A DNA stretch of 64,000 nt from Octopus bimaculoides (taxonomy: Eukaryota): positions 165,067,352 to 165,131,351 of the forward strand of contig NC_068983.1 of assembly GCF_001194135.2 (NCBI RefSeq), written 5' to 3'. Shown in pieces: positions 53,101 to 64,000 of the stretch (positions are counted from its first letter, which is position 1; each line of letters opens with the position of its first letter). The position numbers were made by a program, and so were the translations under genes. Under the pieces are notes generated by a model. That model ran no database searches. It saw only the letters and a program-made list of their open reading frames with translations, and was not told the origin of the DNA.

Positions 53101-54031
53101 TACATACATACATATTGACGTGCACTGCACTCACCAGATCAGTGAGCGTAAAAATAATAAAAGCACTCAGTCANNNNNNNNNNNNNNNNNNNNNNNNNNN
53201 NNNNNNNNNNNNNNNNNNNNNNNNNNNNNNNNNNNNNNNNNNNNNNNNNNNNNNNNNNNNNNNNNNNNNNNNNNNNNNNNNNNNNNNNNNNNNNNNNNNN
53301 NNNNNNNNNNNNNNNNNNNNNNNNNNNNNNNNNNNNNNNNNNNNNNNNNNNNNNNNNNNNNNNNNNNNNNNNNNNNNNNNNNNNNNNNNNNNNNNNNNNN
53401 NNNNNNNNNNNNNNNNNNNNNNNNNNNNNNNNNNNNNNNNNNNNNNNNNNNNNNNNNNNNNNNNNNNNNNNNNNNNNNNNNNNNNNNNNNNNNNNNNNNN
53501 NNNNNNNNNNNNNNNNNNNNNNNNNNNNNNNNNNNNNNNNNNNNNNNNNNNNNNNNNNNNNNNNNNNNNNNNNNNNNNNNNNNNNNNNNNNNNNNNNNNN
53601 NNNNNNNNNNNNNNNNNNNNNNNNNNNNNNNNNNNNNNNNNNNNNNNNNNNNNNNNNNNNNNNNNNNNNNNNNNNNNNNNNNNNNNNNNNNNNNNNNNNN
53701 NNNNNNNNNNNNNNNNNNNNNNNNNNNNNNNNNNNNNNNNNNNNNNNNNNNNNNNNNNNNNNNNNNNNNNNNNNNNNNNNNNNNNNNNNNNNNNNNNNNN
53801 NNNNNNNNNNNNNNNNNNNNNNNNNNNNNNNNNNNNNNNNNNNNNNNNNNNNNNNNNNNNNNNNNNNNNNNNNNNNNNNNNNNNNNNNNNNNNNNNNNNN
53901 NNNNNNNNNNNNNNNNNNNNNNNNNNNNNNNNNNNNNNNNNNNNNNNNNNNNNNNNNNNNNNNNNNNNNNNNNNNNNNNNNNNNNNNNNNNNNNNNNNNN
54001 NNNNNNNNNNNNNNNNNNNNNNNNNNNNNNN

Positions 54032-54241
54032 TTTCAAAAATTAAGTAAAAAGACAGGAAAAATAATCCAAAATCCTTATCCGGTACCGGATCGATCCCAA
54101 AATCTAATCAGGGTATGCCAGTCATGAGGCCAAACTTCCCTGAAAGTTTCATCCGAATCCATCCAGCGGTTCTTTAGATATTTTGTCCACGGGCAAACAA
54201 ACAAACAAACAAACACAACTGAAAACAATACCTCCGCCTCC
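54032..54241 (-). mobile_element. Non-autonomous DINE-1/HINE (Helentron-like) element end
   Basis: Minus strand starts ggcggaggtattgttttcag, then a (GTTT)n microsatellite, and contains the palindrome atccggtaccggat. This architecture resembles DINE-1-type elements. Truncated by a gap. Confidence 0.45.
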
Positions 54242-54816
54242 GCACACACACACACACACACACATACGTACATGCATGCATACATACATACATATTGACG
54301 TGCACTGCACTCACCAGATCAGTGAGCGTAAAAATAATAAAAGCACTCAGTCATCCATGTGAGACCAATATAATTTATGAAAACAATACATTTTTATTAC
54401 TGTTTATTTATTTTTAGTTCGTCTTTTCCAATTATCATTTTGTTTGTTTTTTTTTTTATGTCTTTCAACATAGTAGATTCTAATCAATTTAGAAATCGCT
54501 AGAAATTGCTAACCTCCGTTTCGACCACAAATTTCATTGTCATTGTGTTGTAGGTTGTATGTGGGCGGTAATGTCTATCAAGACAAGAATCAACCACAGG
54601 ATATAAAGAGCTACATACGGAAACTAAATATCATTCCAAAGCCTTCCTTCTTTTCCTTAAAACCCATTATTCTTAATTTTACTCCATGATTTCAGTCAGG
54701 AGAATATTTCTCCATAAACAGTTCCACCTCTATTTCTAACCGTGTCGCTACAATCATAATCACAGCTCAACACCAGGGTGTTACAATATCGTTCTTTCTT
54801 GTTCTCTGCATTTTCT

Positions 54817-54864
<48 letters not shown>

Positions 54865-54870
54865 TATATA

Positions 54871-56158
54871 CAGGGGTCGGACAAAATAATGGAAACACCT
54901 TAAAATTTCAAACAAATTTATATTAATATGTTAATATCTTAATATGGGGTAGGGCCGCCTTTGGCAGCAACTACAGCATGAATTTCTACGAGGTGTGGAC
55001 TTGTATAAAGTTTGAATTGTTTCCAAAGTAATTTTTGTCCGTTCTTCAGCTAAAATAGTCTCCAGTTCTTGTAGTGATGATGGTGGAGGATATCGATTCC
55101 TTACTGGTTTTTCTAAAATGCACCATAAATGTTCAATAATATTGAGATCTAAGAACTGTGGTGGCCAGATAAGATGTTCAACTTCACTAGAATGTTCCTT
55201 GTGCCATTCAGTAGCAACTTTAGCTGAGGGAATTGGTGCATTATCATCCTGAAAGATTGGGTTTCCCTCCGGAAACAGTTCTGCAACCATAGGATGAATT
55301 TGATCTGATAAAATGCTTACATAGTCTTGACTATTAATTCTGCCATGAAGGGAAACCACTGGGCTGGCGGATTTCCACGATATAGTCCCCAGATCATCAC
55401 AGATCCTCCTCCATGTTTAACAGTTGGAAGAAGTCAGTCTGAGTCAAATGCTTCTTTTTGGATGTCTCCACACGGATACTCGGCTGGTGGTCGGAAATAT
55501 GGTAAAGGATAACTCGTCCGAGAAAATAACATTCTTTCACTGCTCTAGGGACCAATTCCGTAGGTTTTTACTCTACTCTAAACGCTTTGCAATGTTTATT
55601 TTTGAAAGTAGTGGTTTTCTGATTGTAGCCATCCTATGAAATCCAGCTTTGTGCAGCTGCCAGCAAACAGTTTTTGTGGAAACTGGGTTCTCGAGGTGGT
55701 CATTAAGCTCTGCAGTAATTTGGGGTGCTGTACTTTTGTGATCCTTTCTAACAATTCGCATAAGAGTCCGACGGTCCCTATCGGAAAGTTTTGGTTTTCT
55801 TCCGGAGTTTTGTTTCGGCGAGGAGGGTTTTCCCTCTTCGCCAAAGGCTGTCATTACTTTTGAGACAGTACTTCTTGATACACCAAACATTTCTGCTGTT
55901 TTCGTTACGCTAGCGCCTACCATACGAACACCAACAATTTGACCTCTTTGAAAGTCCGTTAGATCTGTCATTTTAATGAATTTTAATAACCTTTTTCTGA
56001 TGATGTATGAAAAGAAACAGCAATTTTAGCAAAATATATTAAGCAACACTAATAATAAATAAAAAAACAAAAACAAACAAGCTTTTGACGGTTTTATAGA
56101 TATTTCAAAATTATGATGTTATGGTGCTAGGTGTTTCCATTATTTTGAACAACCCCTG
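54871..56158 (-). mobile_element. Full-length decayed Tc1 transposon (1288 bp)
   Basis: TIRs caggggtcggacaaaataatggaaacacct / aggtgtttccattattttgaacaacccctg, with TA on both sides. Confidence 0.97.
54931..55971 (-). pseudogene. Tc1 DD34E transposase pseudogene
   Basis: HTH N-terminus MTDLTDFQRGQIVG..., then VIFSDE, VKHGGGSVMIWG, FQDDNAPI and WPPQFLDLNIIEHLW. Stops replace two Trp codons and one further codon, with compensating +1/-1 frameshifts near 55390-55460. Confidence 0.95.
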
Positions 56159-56325
56159 TATATGTATGTGTACATATATGTGCGCATGTATAGATGAACA
56201 AAATATATATGTATATATATATGTGTGTGTGTGTGTGTACACACACACTCCCACACACACACACACTCGCACACGCGTACACACTCGCGCGCGCACACAC
56301 ACACACTCGCACACGCGTACACACT

Positions 56326-56368
<43 letters not shown>

Positions 56369-56569
56369 GCACACAGATATATAAACAGACAGTCCAACAG
56401 ACAGACAGACAGACAGACAGACAGATAGATAGATAGATAGATACATACATACACAATGCTAGTTGTCTACAGGGCAGTAACTTTGACAAGGAATAGAAAA
56501 AAGAAAAAGGAGATTGCGACTTTTGTGACGTGGATGTCAAATGTAGTTCTCTTCTTTTTCTCTCCTCTG

Positions 56570-56830
56570 TATCCTGCAAAATAACCTGGAAAGACTGGGC
56601 TGGAAATGCTGTGACGCTAGAAAAGCTGAAATTCCAAAGACACTTATTGTCGAGAACCAAGTCATACATCCGCCATATGCACAACGAGTCGTCGTCCGAA
56701 ATCATCGTCACGAGAATCGCCGAGAGAAGGAGAACAAAATGTCGCCAAAAACGTTGTTTGTGGGCTGACGACATCGAAGAATGCACTGGAAGCAAGAGCC
56801 TGGCCGGTTGTATGCATGCACTCTAAAAGT
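56570..56830 (+). pseudogene. Degenerate RTE RT C-terminal fragment
   Basis: KLKFQRHL...EIIVTRIAERRRTKCRQKRCLWADDIEECTG resembles the RTE motif KLKWYGHV...G.R.RGR..KRW.D.I.EWTG. Confidence 0.6.
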
Positions 56831-57305
56831 GAAAGCTTAATAACCACATTCATCCAATCTAAATATAGGCAGGATTAACCACTAACTTTAAAATTATAAC
56901 TACAACAAAGAAACACACTAATCTACGAACATCTGTATCGGTATTAACAGTTAACCTACAATAACTAAATCATATACTAAATAGCGACCAATCTTTAAGT
57001 CCATATAAATAATAATCCCACCAGTCTTCCATAGTTACTACTATAATTTTTTTTTAAAAAGTGAAAGCTTTTTATTCAATTCTCTCCAAAACAAAACGCA
57101 GAATTGTTAGCAGGCGGGACGAAATGCTGAGCGGTATTTCGTCTCGTCTTTACGTTGTGGGTTCAAATTCCACCGAGGTCGATTTTCACTTACTTCCTTT
57201 CAGGGTCGATTAACGATTACCTACTTGAATACTTGAGCCAATATAATCGACTTACTCTCCTCCCTCGAAATTTCTGGCCTTGTGCCAAAATTTGAAACCA
57301 TTATA

Positions 57306-57342
<37 letters not shown>

Positions 57343-57860
57343 GGGAGGAGTGAAGTATAATGTTTTTAGATAAATATCCAATATTAGCTTTTAGCTTTCC
57401 TGCAAAGAGAGTAAAGATAGCGATTGGAGCAGAGTTTTTATTTTTGCCTATAAACAAGGAAGTAACTAAGCTGATCCATCTATTTTACATAGCATTGCTG
57501 ATAACGGCGATTAATTCATTCATACATTATTGCACTACACAGCTGTTTTGGATAATTTCAAATGTAAGATATACATTCTGTAACAGATAAAACATGAGAT
57601 GTAGCCATCTTGTTTAATAGATAAAATCTGTGGCGCAACCAATTTGTTTCCTTTAAACCGTGAGGCTGTATAAAGTAAACAATTGTATGTTTACTAAAAC
57701 AAAATTATACTTAGAATTTTAAATTTGCCAAAAAAACACTGCGTAGCGTTCTGTGACTCAGTTAATTAAAGAACGTTGCCTAAACATTCTTTGTTATGCA
57801 AATTAAACTCAGGAGTTTATTAATTCATGCCTTACATTTTAAATCATTTAGAAAGCAAGT

Positions 57861-58210
57861 GGTGTTCCGTCGGTTACGACGACGAGGGTTCCAGTTGATC
57901 CGTTCGATGGAACAGCCTGCGTGTGAATTTAACAAGCAGGTGGCTGAGCTCTCCACGGACACGCATAATTTTTAACATAAGTCTCAGAGAATTTCAGCGA
58001 GACAAAATATCACAAAGCTGGACATTTCAATTACAGGTACAACTCATTTTTGCCAGCTGAGTGGACTGGAGCAATGTGGAATAAACTGTCTTGCTCAACG
58101 ACACAATGCGCTGCCGGGAATCGAGCTCAACGACACAATGCGCTGCCGGGAATCGAGCTCACGATCTTACAATCTTAGGCGGAATCCCCAAACCACTAAA
58201 CAACGCGCCT
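57861..58210 (-). mobile_element. Family C SINE with an internal 31 bp tandem duplication
   Basis: Colinear with 62405-62733; (cgacacaatgcgctgccgggaatcgagctca) twice. Confidence 0.85.
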
Positions 58211-58421
58211 TCACGGGTTATTAATTACTGTAGGGCGCATAACCTCATGGTTAAAATGTTGGTCCTGCAATCTTAAGAACGTGCGATCAATTCCTGACTG
58301 GGCGACGCGCTGTGTCCTTGAGCAAGTCTCTTTGTTTCTCAGCCTAAACCATGTTGGGTTTCTTCTATCAATGTGTAACAAAGTAATATCTCATCTTGAT
58401 TCCATGATTAACGAGAAATGA

Positions 58422-58568
58422 CTGCGTGGTTAACAAGTTCGCTTTGAAGCCACGTGACTTCGGGTTCAGCCCCAGTGCGCAAACACCTTGAACACGTGTC
58501 TTCTACTACAGCACCGGACAAACTTATGCCCTTTGAGCGAAGTTGGTAAGACAAAAACTGTGCGGAAG

Positions 58569-58621
<53 letters not shown>

Positions 58622-58815
58622 TTGTGTTTGCTCCCACTGCTTGAAAACCGGTTTTAGTTTGTTAACCTACGTAAACTAGCGGTTCGGCAAAAGAAACCGA
58701 TAGAATAAGTGCCATACTTAATAAAAGCGTATGTGCTGAAGTCGAATTGATCGATTAAACTTTTAAAGGCCGTGCTCCAGTATGGTCGTAGTCCAAAGAT
58801 TGAAACAAAAGATAA
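58422..58815 (+). mobile_element. Family B SINE
   Basis: Colinear with the reverse complement of 37372-37753. Confidence 0.8.
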
Positions 58816-59778
58816 AAGAACTCTTCATCCTGTGATGAGGTTTATTGATTTTCTGTGTTGGTTCATTCATTCATTGATAACAGCATTATTCAACTTTCAG
58901 ATTTTGACACAAGGCCAGCACTTTGGAAGGAAGGATAAAAAGCGAGTGCCATGCTTTCTGTTTTGAGGAGCCTATGTTCTAGACGAACCCTGGGGCAGTG
59001 GTTCTCCGCTGGGGTCAATATGAACCTTGGGGGCCCATACAATTTTTTGTTGTTAGAATTGATGTCCGGTTATACTTTTACAACACGCAAAATATTTGGT
59101 AATTTTTTATACAATTCCTCAATCTAATTATTAAAAAATCTAATTATAAAAAAATGAGATTTTTTTAAGCATCAAATGGCTACGAGGTTTCACTCGATTA
59201 AAATAGGAACCAAAGGGGTTCACAGTCAAAACATTGCTCTAAGCCCTCTTATCTTTGAGGCAGTTTAACTTTTGAAACATGACCGCTGAACAGAGAGAGA
59301 GAGGGGGGGTGCAACACGAGCACTTGCTTGGTACTAGTTTTTCAATTGAGCGCACAAGAAAGAAAGATCTTACTCAAGGACATAACATGCTGCTCGGCTC
59401 CGGAATCGAACCAACAATCTTGTAATCGTAAATCCAGCAGTTCAACCACAATGCCATGCACCTCTGTAGAATTTCGTAACCTAATAATTCAGAAATGCAG
59501 CTGATAAGTCCGTAGTCTGAAAGTAATTATCAATGTATTTACAGATATGTGTAATTTAAAATGCGGTAATCTTAAATATATATAAATATATATTTAAACT
59601 GTAGCCTTGATATAGAATTATTTTTAACCAGGATTGATAACCGCAAAACAAAATCGAGGAAATTTGATGCTTTTAATGTGGGGAGGGGAAATCATTAAAT
59701 AATTTCTATAAATTAAAGAGTCTGCTGAGTCTGTTGATCATTTGTTCATTTTTATATTAATATCAGGTTTAATTTTCA

Positions 59779-59997
59779 AGGCGGCGAGCTGCCTGAAACG
59801 TTAGCACGCCGGGCGAAATGCTTAGCGGTATTTCGTCTCTTTTTACGTACTGATATCAAATTCCGCCGAGGTCGACTTTGCTTTTCATCCTTTCGCGATC
59901 GATAAATTAAGTACCAGTTGCGTACTGGGTCGATCTAATCGACTGGCCCCCTTCTCTGCAAAACATTTCAGGCCTTGTCCCTAGAGTAGAAAAGAAT
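59779..59997 (+). mobile_element. Family A SINE, best-preserved copy with TSD
   Basis: Complete from aggcggcgagctg to agtagaaaagaat, flanked by tatcaggtt(t/c)aat(t/g)tt direct repeats (59761 and 59997). Confidence 0.92.
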
Positions 59998-60254
59998 ATC
60001 AGGTTCAATGTTTGACAAATGGTGCCTCAGGTTTCATCTTTTCTTTATTTACAATAAATTTCATTATTTATTTAACAATTATAACATGACATTGCATCCT
60101 CTCTCGAATGAAAAAGGTAATACAATGAGCAGCTATTTTATCTCGTGTTACAATTAATGCTTATTTAACAAATCGTTATATGCATGGTGAACAGTGAGAA
60201 TCAAAATGACGATTAGCAGATTTGTTCTAAACACTTTCCGGTAGATTCGGATGC

Positions 60255-60334
60255 GAATATGCTAATCGTTGTTCTGTTTCATCACAAGAGGGCGTCGTCT
60301 CCTGTGACGAAACTTAACAGCGATTAGCATATTC
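60255..60334. other. 80 nt near-perfect hairpin (pre-miRNA-sized)
   Basis: Outer stem gaatatgctaatcgttgtt / aacagcgattagcatattc (18/19 Watson-Crick), inner stem gtttcatcacaagag / ctcctgtgacgaaac (13/15), 8 nt loop. Confidence 0.7.
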
Positions 60335-62404
60335 CCGTTCAAAGCACCCGGAATGCATTAAACACAAATATGCACGGATTGTTATCGCTACTTGTTCTGC
60401 ATATTTAGCCAGAATTTACTCACTTTCTCGAAACAGTTCATGAGCTCCAAATCATATTGTTAGTTTATTTAATTTTCCAAGTAGCTTTGGAAGAGCTAAA
60501 ATATGTTTGGGAAAGAATAGTTTTATGGTATAACTGGCTATTGTCGTTCATTAGTGCCTTTAACTTTAGCCATCATACGATCGCTCGGTGTGTGAAGAAC
60601 CGATGTCATTCATACCCAATGTATTTTCATGCATTTTCCGCGAGAAAACATTTCTCTCGCGGTTATTCCCGCAGCGAAAGATCGACCACTATGGTTGGAC
60701 ACGATGATATCCTCTTCAATGTTGCTTTGTGTGACTCTAGACACGGAAATTTTTGTTCATCTTCATAATAAAGTTTCCGAAAACAAGAGCTGTTATTCAA
60801 CAGATGAACTTTATTTTAGTCGCTACTTCAATAACACGCTGAATTGGAACTATTCTTGTTAAATATCTTATAAATCCACGACCTCAAATAACACTGTTCC
60901 TACTTTATCAGGACATGCTTTATCTTTTGGGAGATAAATATTTTTATTGTTAATGAAATGTTTTAAGGCCACCAGCTTGTAGAATCCTTAGCACGCCGAA
61001 CACAAATGTTTAGCGGCATTTCGTCCGATTTTACGCTCTGAATTCCACCACAGTGGTTTTTATCTTCGATCTTTTAGGGGTCAATAAAACAAGTACCAGT
61101 TGAGCTGTGGGGTTGATGTTATCGACTTAACCCCTCAACCAAAATTTCGGGCCTTGTGACTATGGCAGAAAGGCTCATTAATGAGGTGCTCAACATTTTT
61201 GTTTAAAGTTATCGTTTGACATTTAGGAACATTTCAATAACTTCTTGATTAACATTTTAACACCGTACCTATGATTCATTGACAAATTAAGTTGTCTTAA
61301 GGTATAGTAATGAATATTTTGTGGTTCCCAAATCAACCCACTTCTTTTGTAATATCAGTAGTCCTTCCGATAATTGCTGTCGTCGCTGAACCATTTCTGA
61401 AAGAAATAATGGCGTTACATCATTTTTGATCAACATTCATCATAGTACAACCAATTTAATTTATTGTTGTTAAACCAAAAGTTTCGACAGGAGTATGTAG
61501 TCTTCCATATATGGCGATTCATTTGGAAATTGTACGACACACCACTAATTTTTTCTCTTGTCTGGCTACTTTATTTTACAATCAATTTTGTAACTCTTGA
61601 TCAAATTTTAATCTCTTTTTTTTTCCTTTTATTTTTTCTTGAAAGTAACATCAGACATCTTTCTGTTGCTTTAGCGAGATTCTTTGTTTTGAAACAATCA
61701 ATCACACTCAAAACGGTCCCATTCAAGAATAATGAGGAAGTTTAGCACGTAATTTAAATGCATAAGAAATCGTTCGCTATTAATGGATGAAACCATTCCA
61801 TATTCGAAATATTTACATGAGCAATTGACCAGTCATAGCCTTATCATTTCTCTTCTAAGTGCCAACCGCTTTATCAATATTTACAATGAAAATACTTTTA
61901 TCTTAATAAAGAATTAACGTTAACGCCATTTTCTTAACTTCAACTGAATAGGATCAAATAAACTGATGCTTCTTTTGATAGTTTTCCTGAGCCCTCCGAC
62001 TCATAAGGGTGGTTGCCCAGTTTCTCTGACCGATAAGTGACCCAGATTACAACAGTCCTCTTGAAAAAGACATCGATTCGCTGCAGGGTTCAAAGCCTGC
62101 AATTTTGAGGGGAGGGGACAAGTCAATTATATCAATCACTGTGCTTCCCTGGTGGTATTTTTTTCAACCTTGAAGGGATGAAAGGCAAAGTTAACGTCGG
62201 TGCGGTTTCAACTGAGAACGTAAAATATAGATATAAATACATCTAAGTTCTATAATAACATATAATAATTATATACAGCTAAGTTCTGAACTTGTTATAT
62301 AATAATTATATACATCTATAGGCGCAGGAGTGGTAAGAATTTTGCTTTCTAGTCGCGTGGTTTTGGGTTTAGTCCCACACAGTGGGCATATGTCTTCTAC
62401 TATA

Positions 62405-62733
62405 AAGGAGCACTCCGTCGGTTACGACGACGAGGGTCCCAGCTGACCCGATCAACCGAACAGCTTGCTCGTGAGATTAACGTGCAAGTGGCTGAGCACT
62501 CCACAGACACGTGTGCCCCCTTCACATACTTCTCAGGGAGATTCAGCGTGATACAGAGTGTGACGAGTCTGACCTTTTGAAATACAGGTACTACTCATTT
62601 TTGCCAGCTGAGTGGACTGGAGCAACGTGAAATAAAGTGTCTTGCTCAAGGACACAACGCGTTGCCAAGAATTGAACTCACGACTTTATGATCGTGAGCC
62701 GAATGTCCTAACCACGAAGCCACGCGCCTTCAC
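62405..62733 (-). mobile_element. Family C SINE inserted into a family B SINE
   Basis: 12 bp TSD tcttctactata at 62393-62404 and 62734-62745. The host B copy runs from about 62320 to 63340 across a gap. Confidence 0.92.
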
Positions 62734-63493
62734 TCTTCTACTATAGCCTTGGACCGATTAAAGCCTTGCGAGCGGATTTGGTAGGAGGAAACTGAATGAA
62801 GCCCGTNNNNNNNNNNNNNNNNNNNNNNNNNNNNNNNNNNNNNNNNNNNNNNNNNNNNNNNNNNNNNNNNNNNNNNNNNNNNNNNNNNNNNNNNNNNNNN
62901 NNNNNNNNNNNNNNNNNNNNNNNNNNNNNNNNNNNNNNNNNNNNNNNNNNNNNNNNNNNNNNNNNNNNNNNNNNNNNNNNNNNNNNNNNNNNNNNNNNNN
63001 NNNNNNNNNNNNNNNNNNNNNNNNNNNNNNNNNNNNNNNNNNNNNNNNNNNNNNNNNNNNNNNNNNNNNNNNNNNNNNNNNNNNNNNNNNNNNNNNNNNN
63101 NNNNNNNNNNNNNNNNNNNNNNNNNNNNNNNTATATATATATATATATATCTACGTGCACGTATACGCTTGACAACCGGTGTTGATGTGGTTGTCCCTTT
63201 AACTTAACGCTTCGGCAAAAGAGACCGATAGAATAAGCACCAGGCTGTAAAAATTAGTACTGTGCTCGATTCATTCGACTAAAATATTCAAGGCGCTGCT
63301 CCAGTATGGGTGCAGTCTAATGATGGAAATGAGTGAAAGATAGAAGCGCTAAGATCCATAATTGATGAAGAACGGAAGCAATATCTATGTAAACATCCAT
63401 GGTTTGTGGGAGCTTAGCGCTTCACTTTGACGGCCAGTTTTTCTGTAAAGAACATTTTGCGAAATTGTCAAAATATTATTCGAAGACATAGTT

Positions 63494-63924
63494 CTATATT
63501 TAAGAGATGAGGAATTATGTACATTATTTACATTTGACGGATATTTGCCCTCATCTTGTTTGTTCTTAACACAACGTTTCGGCTGATATACCCTCCAGCC
63601 TTCATCAGGTATTTTGGGGAAATTTCGAACTTAGGTTCTCATTCCTAAGGTATTTTTCGATGTTGTTGTTATTATTATTATTATTATTATTATTAATTGG
63701 TTTAGAGCGCGGGCTACTAACCCCAAGATTCCGAGTTCGATTCCAGGCAGTGACCTGAATAATAATAACAACAACAACAACATCGAAAAATACCTTAGGA
63801 ATGAGAACCCAGGTTCGAAATTTCCCCAAGACACCTGATGAAGGCTGGAGTGTATATCAGCTGGAACATTGTGATAACAAAAAACAAGATGAGGAGAAAT
63901 ATCCGTCAAATGTAAATAATGTAA
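63494..63924. mobile_element. Inverted pair of a tRNA-headed, hammerhead-bearing short retroelement (Penelope-type architecture)
   Basis: The left arm (63494-63694) is the reverse complement of the body of the right unit (about 63758-63924). A tRNA-like head lies at 63698-63756 (B-box gttcgattcc). Direct repeats gaagacatagtt at 63482-63493 and 63929-63940. Confidence 0.85.
63568..63613 (-). ncRNA. Minimal type I hammerhead ribozyme motif
   Basis: Minus strand AAUAC-CUGAUGA-A-GGCUG[GAGGGUAUAU]CAGCC-GAAACGUU-GUGUU has an intact core, an extra A after A9, a 5 bp stem II, palindromic ACGU stem III, a GUU triplet, and stem I AAUAC/GUGUU (one G.U). Confidence 0.7.
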
Positions 63925-64000
63925 ATTTGAAGACATAGTTTGAAGAAATTAGAGTTTGCATTTATAGGATTTCACCATAAGAGGAAATGTGTATGCAACA

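Noticed and set aside
6681-56454. YI/HT/CV/II/NN/RE-repeat ORFs (for example 6681-7660, 24101-24800, 37001-37505, 56111-56454)
   Set aside because: They are translations of (TA)n, (CA)n, (TAA)n, (GA)n and (TATG)n microsatellites, with no protein-like content.
58997-59240. hAT-like start cagtggttctc with a weak right end
   Set aside because: The right TIR is too degenerate and there is no TSD.
17212-63185. Long ORFs spanning N runs (for example 17212-17631, 21378-22172, 28885-29994, 33456-34103, 53115-54127, 62741-63185)
   Set aside because: They are open only because N codons are not stops; these are assembly-gap artefacts.
23040-63756. tRNA-like sequences with A/B boxes (23047, 31205, 45585, 52808, 58240, 63698)
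   Set aside because: They lack a complete cloverleaf or acceptor stem and run into SINE bodies, so they are SINE heads rather than tRNA genes.

Overview
AT-rich, repeat-dense animal genomic DNA with many assembly gaps and (TA)n/(CA)n/(TAA)n/(TATG)n microsatellites. The SINE repertoire looks like that of an octopod cephalopod (inference from remembered repeat families, not a database result). I can support only one host coding exon: the first coding exon of an N-acylated (MGC...) globin X-like globin on the minus strand (5414-5625), ending at the conserved globin B12.2 phase-2 intron; its downstream exons should lie left of the window. The rest is layered transposable elements: several tRNA-derived SINE families, hAT and pogo/Tigger MITEs, two fold-back mariner MITEs, a decayed full-length Tc1, relics of RTE, CR1/L2-like, R4/Dong and Penelope retroelements, a Helitron derivative and a solo LTR. 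Two features stand out. First, at 63.49-63.92 kb a tRNA-headed short element carries a hammerhead-ribozyme core and sits as an inverted pair between direct repeats, suggesting a Penelope-mobilised, ribozyme-bearing SINE. Second, at 9.46-11.19 kb a complete-looking 1.7 kb retroposed element with TSD and (AAAT)n tail encodes only a zinc-knuckle ORF1 (half-LINE/HAL1-like). Most long ORFs in the supplied track are gap or microsatellite artefacts. Element boundaries not defined by a TSD or TIR are approximate.
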